This document shows positions 24,820 to 36,400 of a stretch of DNA of 64,000 nt, piece after piece. Both the position numbers and the translations under genes were made by a program. The stretch lies in assembly GCA_973851085.1 (NCBI GenBank), contig OZ316776.1:4340001-4404000 (forward strand), in the 5' to 3' direction. Under the pieces are notes generated by a model. The model saw only the letters and a list, made by a program, of their open reading frames with translations. It ran no database searches and was not told the origin of the DNA. This DNA is from Ptychomitrium polyphyllum (lineage: Eukaryota). Position 1 is the first letter of the stretch, and the number at the start of each line of letters is the position of its first letter.

Positions 24820-27536
24820 TTACTGCTAAACCTTTGGTTTACTGCTAGATTTACTCATGGTTCCTCGTTAGTTCTTTGGTGACATGTGCGAGCAGTTTCA
24901 AGTTTCTTTTCCATAATCTTCGACAACAGTTCCTGTGAAGCAGCCTTTGGTTCCCAGTTCACTGGTGGAAGTTGTCGTAGATGGCTTGTGTGACAGTGAT
25001 CATAACTCGCCGGAATTGCCACATTTTTTAGCGCAATGTTCCAGATAAATGGTGTGTGTCACGGAGGTCCAAATCCATTGTTTTCCTCTTGTGCCATCTT
25101 GGGAAGGATTCTTGGAACTTCGTCATAACTATACAACATATGGTACCTCATCCGATGAAGGTGATACGTGCTACTTTTGAGATTTTGCAGTATTGTCTGT
25201 GTAATGCTTTTATCAATGTACCTTCTCAGAAAATGTGAATGAGTCCAGTTTCCCTTTCTTTAGTGGAATTAGATTAGTAGAACAAACTTGCTTCACATTA
25301 CTTTGGCTTTACTACAGTAGACAATTGACAGTTGAATGATTGCACATTCAGTCATGCCTTGACTTATGTTTCAAAGCATGTAAAACATAACGTCTCTGAA
25401 TTAATGAAAACCGGAATACTTCGTACCAAATTGGACCAAGTCGTGATGAAACCAAGTCCATTCCACCTCGGTGTAATGCTGCCATCTTTACTTGGCACAG
25501 TGGTTTCTATTGCAAGTAATGAAATTTCTTATTCCATGAGTACCGTACTTCCGTGTATGACTTATGTCGTCACTTACTCTCTATCCACATGCAACAAATA
25601 TAAACTTTCAGAGACGCTTGTCACATAGCTTTGAATCCCTCAATCCTTAGCACTCATATCAACTTAGGGTTTTGTGGTTTATACTAAGAAATGAAGCTTA
25701 TTGGCCATTACTTCATGTAGTGAGGATTACAAAGCGTAACCCATTTGACACCATGTAACCTAACCATGCAATGCCACTAATCCCTCATCCAGGTTAAGCA
25801 CTCCCCACATTGATTTCCACAATCAAGTGTGCATTGGGGCTAGGACCTCGAGGCATGCCTATTTAAGGGAATCTATTCAGGGGAGTGCTTTATCTACACA
25901 CAAAGAACCCCCGCAAAAGCTCCCCGGTGGACCCTCTCAAACACTCAAGAGCCCCTCTCAAACCCTTTACTTTTAAAAGTGAAACACCCAAAGAACTGAA
26001 AAGTGCATTACATGCAAACACGCATCCCTTAAAGAAAATCAGATTCACACGGTCATAGACGTCCCTCTAACCAACCAATAAATTGACAGTCACGGATTTG
26101 AGCAAAGGTCCAAATCCGATACAGGCCGCCCACTGAAAAATGTCCCCCCATGACCGTGGAAGACGATAAGCCTGTTGCCTCATCAATGAAGCCTTGCCGG
26201 GCTCCCATACCACTGGTGGCTCATACCAGCTATTCTGTCTGCAACATAGAAATCGTTGAACAATTGGTGCACAGATGTACTCTTTCGTTGTCTAGATTGC
26301 ATGAAGTGGGTGAAGGGATTTGTCCAAACTGTGCAGAGTGGAAACTACTTGCACGAAGGCCTGTGCGTAGTTCTATTGTGATGTGGTGAGGACAATGAAG
26401 AGAGCTTGAGGTTGAGTTTGGTTTTGAGACTGTTGTCTTGAGCTCTTCTTCCTGGAAAATTTAGTACTGGAGATTCTGTTAAGGTAAGTCATGACTGCTG
26501 AAAGGTGTCATTTTTTACTCGTAGTGTCATATTTGAGCTTTTGAATTTTTGAAATTTGCTTGTTTTTCATGACGTAAGTGCCGGGTATGGGGAGCGTTGG
26601 AGTGCTGTGGGGGTGACTTGGTGGAGTGTAGTTGCAGAAGTGGACATCCTGGGATGTTTTCCACTGGGAATAGGTTAGAGCTATGTCTAATTTCGATGAG
26701 TAAGTAGTGAATTAAAGTATAGGGAGAATTCCATTTTGTGATTCTCGTAGGCGGTACTACACTGGAGGCTTTTGTTCTAGAAACGACGGAGAGTTCAATC
26801 GTGATGGAGTTTGGTATACCTAAGAATTAGAGGTTCCTCAAGAATATCGTTCTTGCCTGAACAGCTATACTCCGAATCTGCAAACAAAGTAGAACCTGTT
26901 TTTTCGTCAACCTGATTTAGATTTTGGTAGTGTACTCAAGTGAGATTGTGCCGTTCCATTTTGAATGCCTGGCAAGGAGCGCAGGATCAACTTTCCAAGG
27001 GGATATCGACAGAAACTCGCTGCACTGGACTGTTCCAGATTGGAGAGAGTTCTCATAGTCGGAATTCAAAATATAATTAAGCACAATCTGTTGGCGATTG
27101 GCGTGCCACTAGCTAAATTTTGAGTAATTTTGTATTTTCTTCTGTTTTTTCGTAGAACAAGGTCTGAGATCTGGACTATTCCGTTGTCGTATTGCCCAGG
27201 TGCCAAGAGCATTTCGGAACTCAACGTGGTCGTGTCGGATCCAAAGCTATGGCTGCTATTTGAAGCAGAGGGCAGGGCACGGACCAGTCCTTCTGCACCT
27301 CTGTGTTGAACCTCACCCAGGTTTGCATCTTTGGCAGATGACAATTCTCCACATATTTTGCATCCTTTTTCCCACCTTGTTCAAAAAAATATGTGATCGT
27401 TTCTCTATACATGTCCTCCATCAAATGAAAATCTTGAAGTGCCTCTGCTTCGATGCCCATCCTTATCGCTTGCTACAGATGCCTTCACCCAATCTCAGAG
27501 TGTGGATTCTGCCTGCAGACCCAGGTAGATTCCAAG

Positions 27537-29221
27537 ATGGGCGGCGTCGCAGCAGCCAATCGCACGCTTTCGTGTCATCGTTTTGTGGCTCTTTCTCACG
27601 GCATTGGTGGTGCCGAAAGTTCAAGCACGAGCAACTCCATGAGGGCATTCTTTCAGAGAAGAGGTCTCCTGGCGCTGCCCCGCCGAGAGAGGTCAACATC
27701 TCGTCATCAGAGCTCGAGGAAATGGAAATCCTGCTCTGCTGCCACAGTCGGTCATGCATTGCTTGAGACCTCCACAGGCATAAATGTCGAAGGCATAGTG
27801 GCTGAGGCGCCCACGTTGCTAGCCCTCTCATCAGACTTCGATTGGCAGCGATCCGCGACTGAGCTTCGAGACGAAGCCCATGGCATTTTAAGTGCAGGGA
27901 GCGAGAGGGAGGTAGCCTTGGAACGACTGGGAACTGTCATGAACGGGTGGTTGCATGATAGGATGTTCGAAGGTGTCCTGCAGCCGTCTCTAAAGCAGGG
28001 TGTGCAGGATCCTCAAGAGGAACTTGGTGTTCGCATTCGGGTGGAGGAATTGCGGTGGCAAGCTGCCCTGCAGGTAGGACACCATTCGTCTGTGCTGCTC
28101 CCGCCTTACTGTTGTCCATGGACCATAACCTGACCATATCAGTTCTCACAAAATCAAACATCCTTCTCTACCGATAGCGCACCGTAGATACGTGGATTTA
28201 CGTTTTCACGACTTTTGGTGCAGGCGACCGAGGAGCTAGCAAATGGTGTGGACAGCAGCTTTGACTGGGAATCGGAGGTTGCGGAACTACGTCAATGCCT
28301 TGAAAATCAGGAACGAGGAGGCCTCGAAGACAAGCTCTGGAAGTCATGGGAATCCGCTCACGAGAGTATGAATACGGACGCCGAGCGCTTGCACGACGAA
28401 GCCCTTGAGATTCATCACACGGTTAGTTCCTCTTAACAATCTTTTGGCTTAAGAGTCAGCCAGCGGTCTATCCAAAATAGGGAAGCACGGAGATCTTCAG
28501 TAGGCTGTTTCTTTCAACTCTAGTTTCAGGGCAGGAACGATCACTATCTGTTGCACTATCGTTGCTAGATTGTCGATATGCATATGAAGTTAACTTCCAC
28601 TTGATTGGTACCTAGTGCAAATTATCCACAATCCGGATGAGCAGAATGGGTCGTTCTTTTTCCCTGATAATCGCGACTGCCTGGAAACAACAGGACGACT
28701 CATATTTGAGGCTGAATCCAGACGGCAGCCAAGAGTTGGAGCCCGTGGCGCATGACAAGAGCTTAAACAAGACACTTGAAATTTCTGGTACATGGTGGAC
28801 TCTCGGGGTACTAGCAACAGCAGGGGCGTTTGGAAGTGAGACTCTGGAGGCCATTGCTGCAGATGAGTCTGTCGCGTCAGCTGTTACCACTGCGAACCGG
28901 GAAGCCCGAAGCTGGATTGCGCCTTCCGTCCTAGCCTTCTCAGTGGTCTCATACAGTCTCTTCACTTTGTACCGGAACAAGGTCGGTGGCATCTCCTCTT
29001 CGTATCTTGGACCAGCACTTTACCGACGAGAAAGTTGCATTACGTTTGGTTCTGTTTTCGCTGAGAATGCGCATTAAAATCTGAAAGCCGCTGAACGATC
29101 TCTGAATTTGCAGGTCAATCTATACGCAAAACTCACGCACTGGGTGTTCGGACTGGTTGCAACGGCCATTGTTGCCAACATTGTCCTGACTGCCACCATT
29201 GGGGTACGTTCCTACAACTAA
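27537..29221 (+). CDS. Uncharacterised 402-aa protein with a possible organellar transit peptide and C-terminal hydrophobic helices, 4 coding exons
   Basis: Exons 27537-28073, 28224-28421, 28616-28981 and 29114-29221 are joined by phase-0 GT-AG introns into one open frame. Ser/Arg-rich N-terminus, acidic middle, and 2-3 hydrophobic stretches at the C-terminus. Confidence 0.7.
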
Positions 29222-29799
29222 GCAACAGGAGTGCAGGTACACGTCCCTAGCGCAAATACTGGGAAACACCAATCTTTTCGGAAATCTTCAAAGTGGAGAG
29301 CACGTCCATGAGTTGTCCATGAGCATCTGGAACTATATGCACTTTTGTGGTGACAACTCTGACCATGACGCTCTCCGTGTTCAGCTCTATGAGGGTTCAG
29401 GATATAATGATGATCTAGAGCGTCCCTGATAAACCGTGTGTTCTCTATCCTCAGGTGCGGTTGAATTGAGAGTATGCAGACAAGCGATGTATACACGCAG
29501 CCTCTAAATATAAAATTACGAGGCGAAGTTTGAACGTCTCCCGCGGTCGGCCAAATGAAATATAGAACGACAGAAAAGAGAGATGTATTTAAGATTCTCT
29601 CAAAACCGTAGGGTTTTGAAGAGATAGGAAAACAAAGGCACGAAGCGGAACTGTACAGAGGTCTATGTTAAAGCCATTAATGCAAATGACTTGGATCAGT
29701 GATTCAGTGGTGAACTATATCGACGAATATTTCCACTAACCCTTAGATTTCTGTATTCACGAGCCGCATCCTGCTTGAGTGCAAAGTAACTAAAAAAAA

Positions 29800-29898
29800 T
29801 TGCTTGTAATGATAGCGCAAAAATATCAGTACAAAACCACATTAACTTTGCTTGTAATGATAGCGCAAAAATATCAGTACAAAACCACATTAACTTTG
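29800..29898. repeat. Perfect 48-bp tandem duplication
   Basis: TTGCTTGTAATGATAGCGCAAAAATATCAGTACAAAACCACATTAACT occurs at 29800-29847 and 29848-29895, followed by TTG. Confidence 0.95.
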
Positions 29899-30750
29899 AA
29901 ACAGCAGGAAGTTAAATTAGCCAGTGCAGGCCAGAGAGGAGGTTCGATGCACGTTTCTACACCTTGATCATCTGCAATGGAGGCACAGCCTCAAAATCTA
30001 GCTGATGATCTCACCGAAAGCATCACTCCCGAGCTTGACAATCGAATGGGTCCGTCTACAATCTGTCCTGCCTTCACACGAGGGTGGCTGTGTGCAAGTA
30101 CTGTCCACGTGGTGTGTTGGGTCGAAGCGGTGCCACCACACAGGAAGTTGTGCTTCGTGCTCCAGTTCCAGTACGAGATAGCAACTACGATCACTCTACT
30201 CTGCTTGAGCCGGTCTCTACTCCTACACATGTTTAGGGTGAACACTGGCGAGTCGGGAAGACTCTGAAAGACTCGAAGTCGACAAGGAACGTCGCGACGG
30301 ATTATCACTAGAGAGGCGAGACTCCGATACACAGAGCGAGAGAGCAGCTGACACTCTCGCCCTGCTGTGAGAACGGGCAGCAATGAGAAGCTGAGAGCTC
30401 GAAGGAATCGAACGAAAACCCCAAGGCTTACAAACTACTTGCTACCGCCTTGGGCACTGTCGGTCGGCGCAAGTCGTTGGATCCGTCCCACGCCGGGTGC
30501 GGCTTTGCCATGGACGTGAACTGAATTGTGCTGGACTGCAGTCGGCATACGGACCGAAGTATCTTGATGATGTGTCCGAATCAGCGCGCGGCAGCGTCGA
30601 GAGCCACAGGCAGGCAATCAGACAGGCTTCTACACTTGCCGGCGTTTCCAGGAGTCCTTGGGACCGGTACCGCGATAGACGTTCCGAGTCCGATCTCCGT
30701 CGGTCGGCCGAGCTTGCCCTACGCACGATGAACATATTCATGCACGAATT

Positions 30751-31125
30751 TCAGATCCAATCCAGACCGCACGGAGCTTTCGAACCCGATCCATGAGGTC
30801 CGCAGCTCACCCGATGACGGGGCCCCTTGTTCTCGTTCTTCATTTTCCCCTTCTTCTTTCCGGCCCGCTGGTCGGACTTGCAGGACAACCACCAGATCGT
30901 CCAACTGACTACAGCGAGCGCGGCGAGGACGACTGCCACACAGGCGACTTTGAATGCGGTGGAGTCACTGCAGAGAAGACGATGTGAAAGACGTCTCAGC
31001 GTGGGAGGCTCGTCTCTGGAACTATCCACAGAACGTGCTGAAATTGATGGTACGCAAGGTCCCGCAGAGAAGGTGATTCCCGCAGCTAGTTCCTGGAAGT
31101 CTATTGGTGGCGCTGATGCTCCCAA
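30751..31125 (-). other. Possible fragment of a small single-pass membrane protein gene or pseudogene
   Basis: The ORF contains the hydrophobic run FKVACVAVVLAALAVVSWTIWWL followed by a Lys-rich tail, flanked by a plausible ctctgcag acceptor and gtgagc donor. I could not build a full gene model. Confidence 0.3.
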
Positions 31126-32104
31126 TCCTTCCAGGATGAAGGTAAGGGCACCGTGAGTGGGTCTTAGGATGGAGATCGAACCTCAGGCCGTAGATCGGTC
31201 GAACGGCTTCGCGGCGGAAGCGAGGGTGCTTTAGCTCTGCGCAGATACTTGCGATTGTCAACAGCAGCTAGTGGTAGGACCGGAACTCGGATACATGCTG
31301 ATTTCGGGCAGTGAGGCTCGCGCGCGTGAGACTGGAACGAGTACACCTTAGTACTCATCCTACCTTTTCACTCAGGATTGTAAAGTCTTCAGAACACAAG
31401 CGGAGAAACGTAGAGTCCACGGAGTGCGAGAGGATCCGTACACCGGAGCAGACGTAATTATGCTACTGGACCTGGCATCCGGTAGAGGAGTTCGTGATTG
31501 TAGGTGACCAGCTAACCTGAGGATCCGAGGAGGCGCCGGGGGAGGCGCTCCATGCGCCGGCTCATGCGAAGGGAGTGACGAAGCTCCGTGGCCTGCGGCA
31601 ACAATACGCACGCCATGGTTAGTACCGCGATCCAAAGCCAGCACGTATCGGCTGGCACTCCATCCCTCGACCCGATCGCACCTGCCTAATTCCGGCCTCT
31701 GAACAACACCAGAACACCACCACGGACGACGCGGCGCAGCATAGACATGACAAAATTGCTCAACAAGCCTGCCTAGTCCACAATTTTCTCAACGAAGCGG
31801 TCGGCTGGTAATCGGGAGAGAGAGCGGCCGTCCCCGCCATTGCCGGACAGGAACGCAGTACCAACGGCGACGTCGCAACAAAACATCAGCGATCAGCCGT
31901 CATCCCACAACGGACCACGAATGCTGAGCCATCTTCTACGGCATCGATCCTCGAATGAGTGCCAGGGCGCTTACGAGTGCGTGCGAGAAGCCAAGGCTCC
32001 AGAGCTCTACAGACCGCAATCGAGAAAAGTCGAGCCGAGCGCGACGAGTCCCGGACAGCCTGCGAAGCCTTTTCGGACAGGGATGTGCACATTCGCACCG
32101 TCAC

Positions 32105-32705
32105 CCAGCGCCGCCGCTGCACACAAAGCCGTCGCTGGCGGTGCGATCTGTACGTTGGAGGTGTCGGTTGTGGGGTACAGTAACGGTGGAAGGGTTTTGG
32201 CCATATGCAGGGCGGAAGGATATAGGGAAGGAGGGTGTGGCGGGCGCGTTGGGAGACGAAGATTCGCTACACTACCCTTGCCATCCGTACTAGGGTTTTG
32301 CCATCGCCAGCCTCCCTCCGCTTGACCTCGCGGCCGGTCGTCGCATCGCCCGAACGGAGCGAGAGCGAGAGCGCGCGCGCATAGGAGAGGTCGTCGAGTT
32401 GGTTGTCGCTCGGTTGCGCTTGTGGTCCTGTGGCTGTCGTAGTGGAGCAGGCTGTTGGTGGCGGTTTGTATCAAACTGGAGTCTCGTTGTAGACTTTGCG
32501 AAGGACGTTGTGGTACGATTTCGATGACTTTGGCTCTCATCACTGGCGGACAGTTTCTCTCTGTCGCACTCGGACACTCTTAGCACATCGAGCTGCTGAT
32601 CGAGGGCGATCGTCTGTTGGCAGTTAAACTCCGGTAGGGAGTGAGAAGATGACGTATATCCTTCGTTTGCCTCCGGAGCGGACGATCAGCATGTCGTGTA
32701 GCCTT
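32105..32705 (+). pseudogene. Diverged inverted copy of the U2AF65 promoter, 5' UTR and intron 1, with coding exon 1 deleted
   Basis: Aligns to the reverse complement of ~15765-15455 and ~15180-14860. Shared blocks include TAGGGTTT.GCCATCGCCA, TCGTCGCATCGCCCG, ATCACTGGCGGACA, TTAGCACATCGAGC.GCTGATCGAGG and GGTAGGGAGTGAGAAG. Confidence 0.85.
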
Positions 32706-33435
32706 CGGTCTGGATGTGGTTTTCGAGGATGGTTCTCTAGATGCAGATCTCGTTTACGAAGGTATGCTGTTGTCGGGACTTGGGGGTTCCAAGTTGAGGG
32801 AATGTCGGCCACCAATATGGTTCCGGACTGGAAAGTGTCCAAGCATGGCTCCAGGTTGCCCGGTCATAGATAGCCCCAGAAGGCCGACGAAGAGCATGCA
32901 GATGATCAGAAGTCCAGAACGAGTGCAGTGAAGAGGTATGAAAGCGACAGCGGAAGAAGTGGAAGAAGTGGAAGAGTTGTCAAAGTTCAAGGACGGCATA
33001 ATTCTACGACCACTCCACAAACAAGTTGGGAGAATGTGGAATCAGTTGGATGTGGCAGGAGCTACACTGGTACACAGTTAAAGCGGAAGCCTGGAGAGAG
33101 ACCTGCACATCCGAAGCCTGCGCTTCATTTATTATCTTAGAGAATCGGAAATGATGGCCGTACAAGCCGCGTCGCCGGTGTGAGTTCTCTGGCACAAGAT
33201 TTTCCGAGTGAGTGTTGACTAAGCCAGCTGAGCAAGCCCACTCGCGAAGGCATGGATATGAAGTGAGCATGACACCCTGAATGTGCCTCCGGTAGTACCT
33301 CGGCCGCATTGCCGTGTCGATTGTAGCAGGCGTTCCGGAATAGCTGAGTTTCCACTGTTGTTTCAAGCACCACGTTTGGACGTAATTGCCCGCCGTATGG
33401 TTTCTTCACAGGTCCTTGGGACAAGCCCTAGATGT

Positions 33436-36400
33436 TGACGAGAGGCGATAATGTGACGCATCGTAGAATCACAGCGTCGAGAGGTCTCCGGACTGCAACG
33501 TACAGCACATGTTTATGGGTGCGACGTGAGGAAACCAGTCCTAGAGGATGACAGCATTGAAGGAGCAGAGTGAGACTGAAGATGCTGATTGATGCGAGTA
33601 AATCATGTGCAACGCACGCAAAGACCCATTCTCTTGCAAACCGACTCAGAGCATTGAGAGCGTCTGCTCGGATGGAGTGAGTCCATCGTCTCATCTCTGG
33701 TAAATGCAGCAGAGTTACTATTCCCTACACCGGCGACAGGGGCCGGTGACGTCCACAACTCAAACTCGAGGAAAGCCCAGTATGCTCGAAAACCGCCAAG
33801 AAGAGTGATACCAACCGCTTCGCCCTTCGAACGGCTGGGTACGTCAGCTACATCATATCCAGTGTGTACCTCATCATGCAGTCCAGAGGCATGTCTCCAG
33901 CCGGTCTGACAGGATTTACGATCGACCACAGAGAAATCGCCCGAATGAGCGCTGAGTTGTTCAGCACTAGACCTTGCCCTTGAGTTTCTTGCGAGTCGAC
34001 GTGGGAACTGACTCCACCATCACCTGCACATCAGTTCCGAATGTCACCGAGGTTTCACACGATCGCGTCCAAACCGTCGCCCGAGAACTGAATCGAAACA
34101 AGTACGAGTCGGCCGGGTTTATGTTCGAGGCCATCAGCAGCCCAGCGCTTTCACTCCGCATCTGTTACCTCGATGGGACGATGCAAGGGGGATGGGTCAC
34201 TTGAGCCAGTATCGAAGTTGTTTGGGAGCATGCTTACTCTTCCATCGTAGTCCACGCTTGCGAAGACCCACGGATCTAGTGCGCTCCATGCAATCCCTGC
34301 CACTCACAACCACCAAACCTCCGCTACTTCAGACGATGAACTTTGCTTCAGAGAAGCTACTGTCATTGACGACCTATAGCAGTCCAGCTAAAGTTGCTTT
34401 CAGTGCCGTGGCCCATGTTCGGGCGGACTGGCACTACTTTCTTGCACATCTCCGCCTCGACTGGCCGCCCGGATCATAAGCAACCTCGGGGTCCGTCCGT
34501 TACACCGCATATCGAAATTCACAAGACGAGCGTACCGTAGACACTGTCTTCGTGCTCGGTGTAGGAGCGCAACAGAGAGTCCACAGAGCCTCTCGGTAAT
34601 CCAGAAGGACTGCAAGGTTCACAGACGACCAGAGTCTGTCAGATTCCATTCACATGTTTATGGGTGCGACGTGACGAAACCAGAGGAAAGGGAGCGGACT
34701 CTGAAGTATATACCTCTTCGGTAGCGATGCATCGGCAATGCGCCACAGATTCACTACTGCATCTGTTCCTGAGCTCTGCCCAAAGGACGCACAGGGCCAA
34801 TCATGCGCAGATACAAATGACCAGACTCATAATATGCGAAACGTGGAGTCCACGACGACACTACCCGACATCTAAACGGACCCAGCACACTGCACGAATT
34901 CCAAGTACATGTGGAGGCCAGCTAGTACCAGAATCAGCTCCTCGAACTTCGGATTGTATTTGACTCTTACTGCCCTGCAACAAATGCCAGAGGTGAACGC
35001 GTGAGGACTCGCTCTCCATGCAGTGTCCTCCACCGACGAGTTCTTCTCGCTGCAAAGTCTGCATGAGGAGCAGGCCACGCGTGTCTACACTACGTGCTCT
35101 TAGCTGCCTTGAAATGTGTAAGTCCACCATATCACACGCACGGAGAAGCACAAAACACGACTGTACTACAGCACTCCTCTCCGCGGACGCGACACCGAAA
35201 GGAATCGTGTAGTCACACCCAGGCTGGCCTTCAAGCCAAGAGGTTCAGATGCCCCCTTACCAGTGGTGGTGTCCGTGCAGATTGTCCAGAGGACCGCTCG
35301 GCTTCCTCAGATCCCAGACACGGATCCAGGAGTCATCCCCTGCGGTTGCCTGCTCCACCTTAATGCCAAATCTTTCAGAAGCCAAAACTTCGTAGCAATA
35401 GCCTCTACGCCTACACTGTTCGCTACTAGAGTCACAAATCGAGAAAAACGACCCTGATCGTACAAGGGGCGTGGGGAGAACGTGGACCGTACAATGGTGT
35501 ACTTCTTCTGAGGGTTGAAATCGATGTGGCGAGTCTGAAGAGCATGCGCCTGATCGATTACAGCCGAGGAACTGCAGACCCAAACCAAACCAACAGTCGC
35601 ATGTCAGTGCGTAAGGAGGGACCCCGTCACGCTTCTGCATCCAGAACGGATACCAGACTGCCCCGCGGTATTGCCACTACATCCACAGCTTGCGGATTCT
35701 GGAGTGTGGTATGGGAACCTAACCCCTCTGTTCCGTGCTTCGAACCTGCATCCCATGGCTGGCCCTAGCACAACGAGTACCCCTGGTCCACTCCTCACTT
35801 CACGCCAGTTCAGGAGTACCTTGCTTGCGAATCTGGTGGTCCTTGGCATGCACCCACCCACCTCGTCCCACGAGCAGGAGGCGAAGAATTACCTCATAGA
35901 CCGCAGGTCCCAGCAGTGGATCGATCCCTCGGAGGCCGTTGCTATGCTGTTCACGTCGTGGGGATCCCAGGCCCCCACCTCCAAGCGATTGCGTTCCCCG
36001 GCTGACGCCTGCAGGGTAGGATGGAAAGGGAAACCGTCAGATCTGCTGCATACCCTGCTTCAACATTCATCGCAAAACGGTCGATCTTCACAACACCAAC
36101 AGCAACGGCCACACGCGCACGACATTCGTGCCCGTACAGAACCGTCCGTCCAAGACAAAGAAAAGGGAAGCGAGGCACACATGAGGCGAAGCAAAGCACT
36201 CAACGAGGAAAAAATACGCCAAATGTTGCACTGCTCTGAGGCGCTCGAATCTCAGCCACTTGTGACGCAGGTTTAGGGGGAATACGGACCTGTGACGTGT
36301 TCCGTGGAGAGTCGACGTTCCAAACCACGATCTTCTCCGTTCCTATGCTTGCGACTTGTGGATGACGACCGGATGGCCACCAGAGTGTACTGCAGTCAAG

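Noticed and set aside
29800..29898. CRISPR-like array
   Set aside because: Only two adjacent copies with no spacer, in a eukaryotic context with no cas genes.
32716..33080. Possible decayed coding sequence after the U2AF65 fragment
   Set aside because: Interrupted by a stop codon and has no motif I can recognise with confidence.
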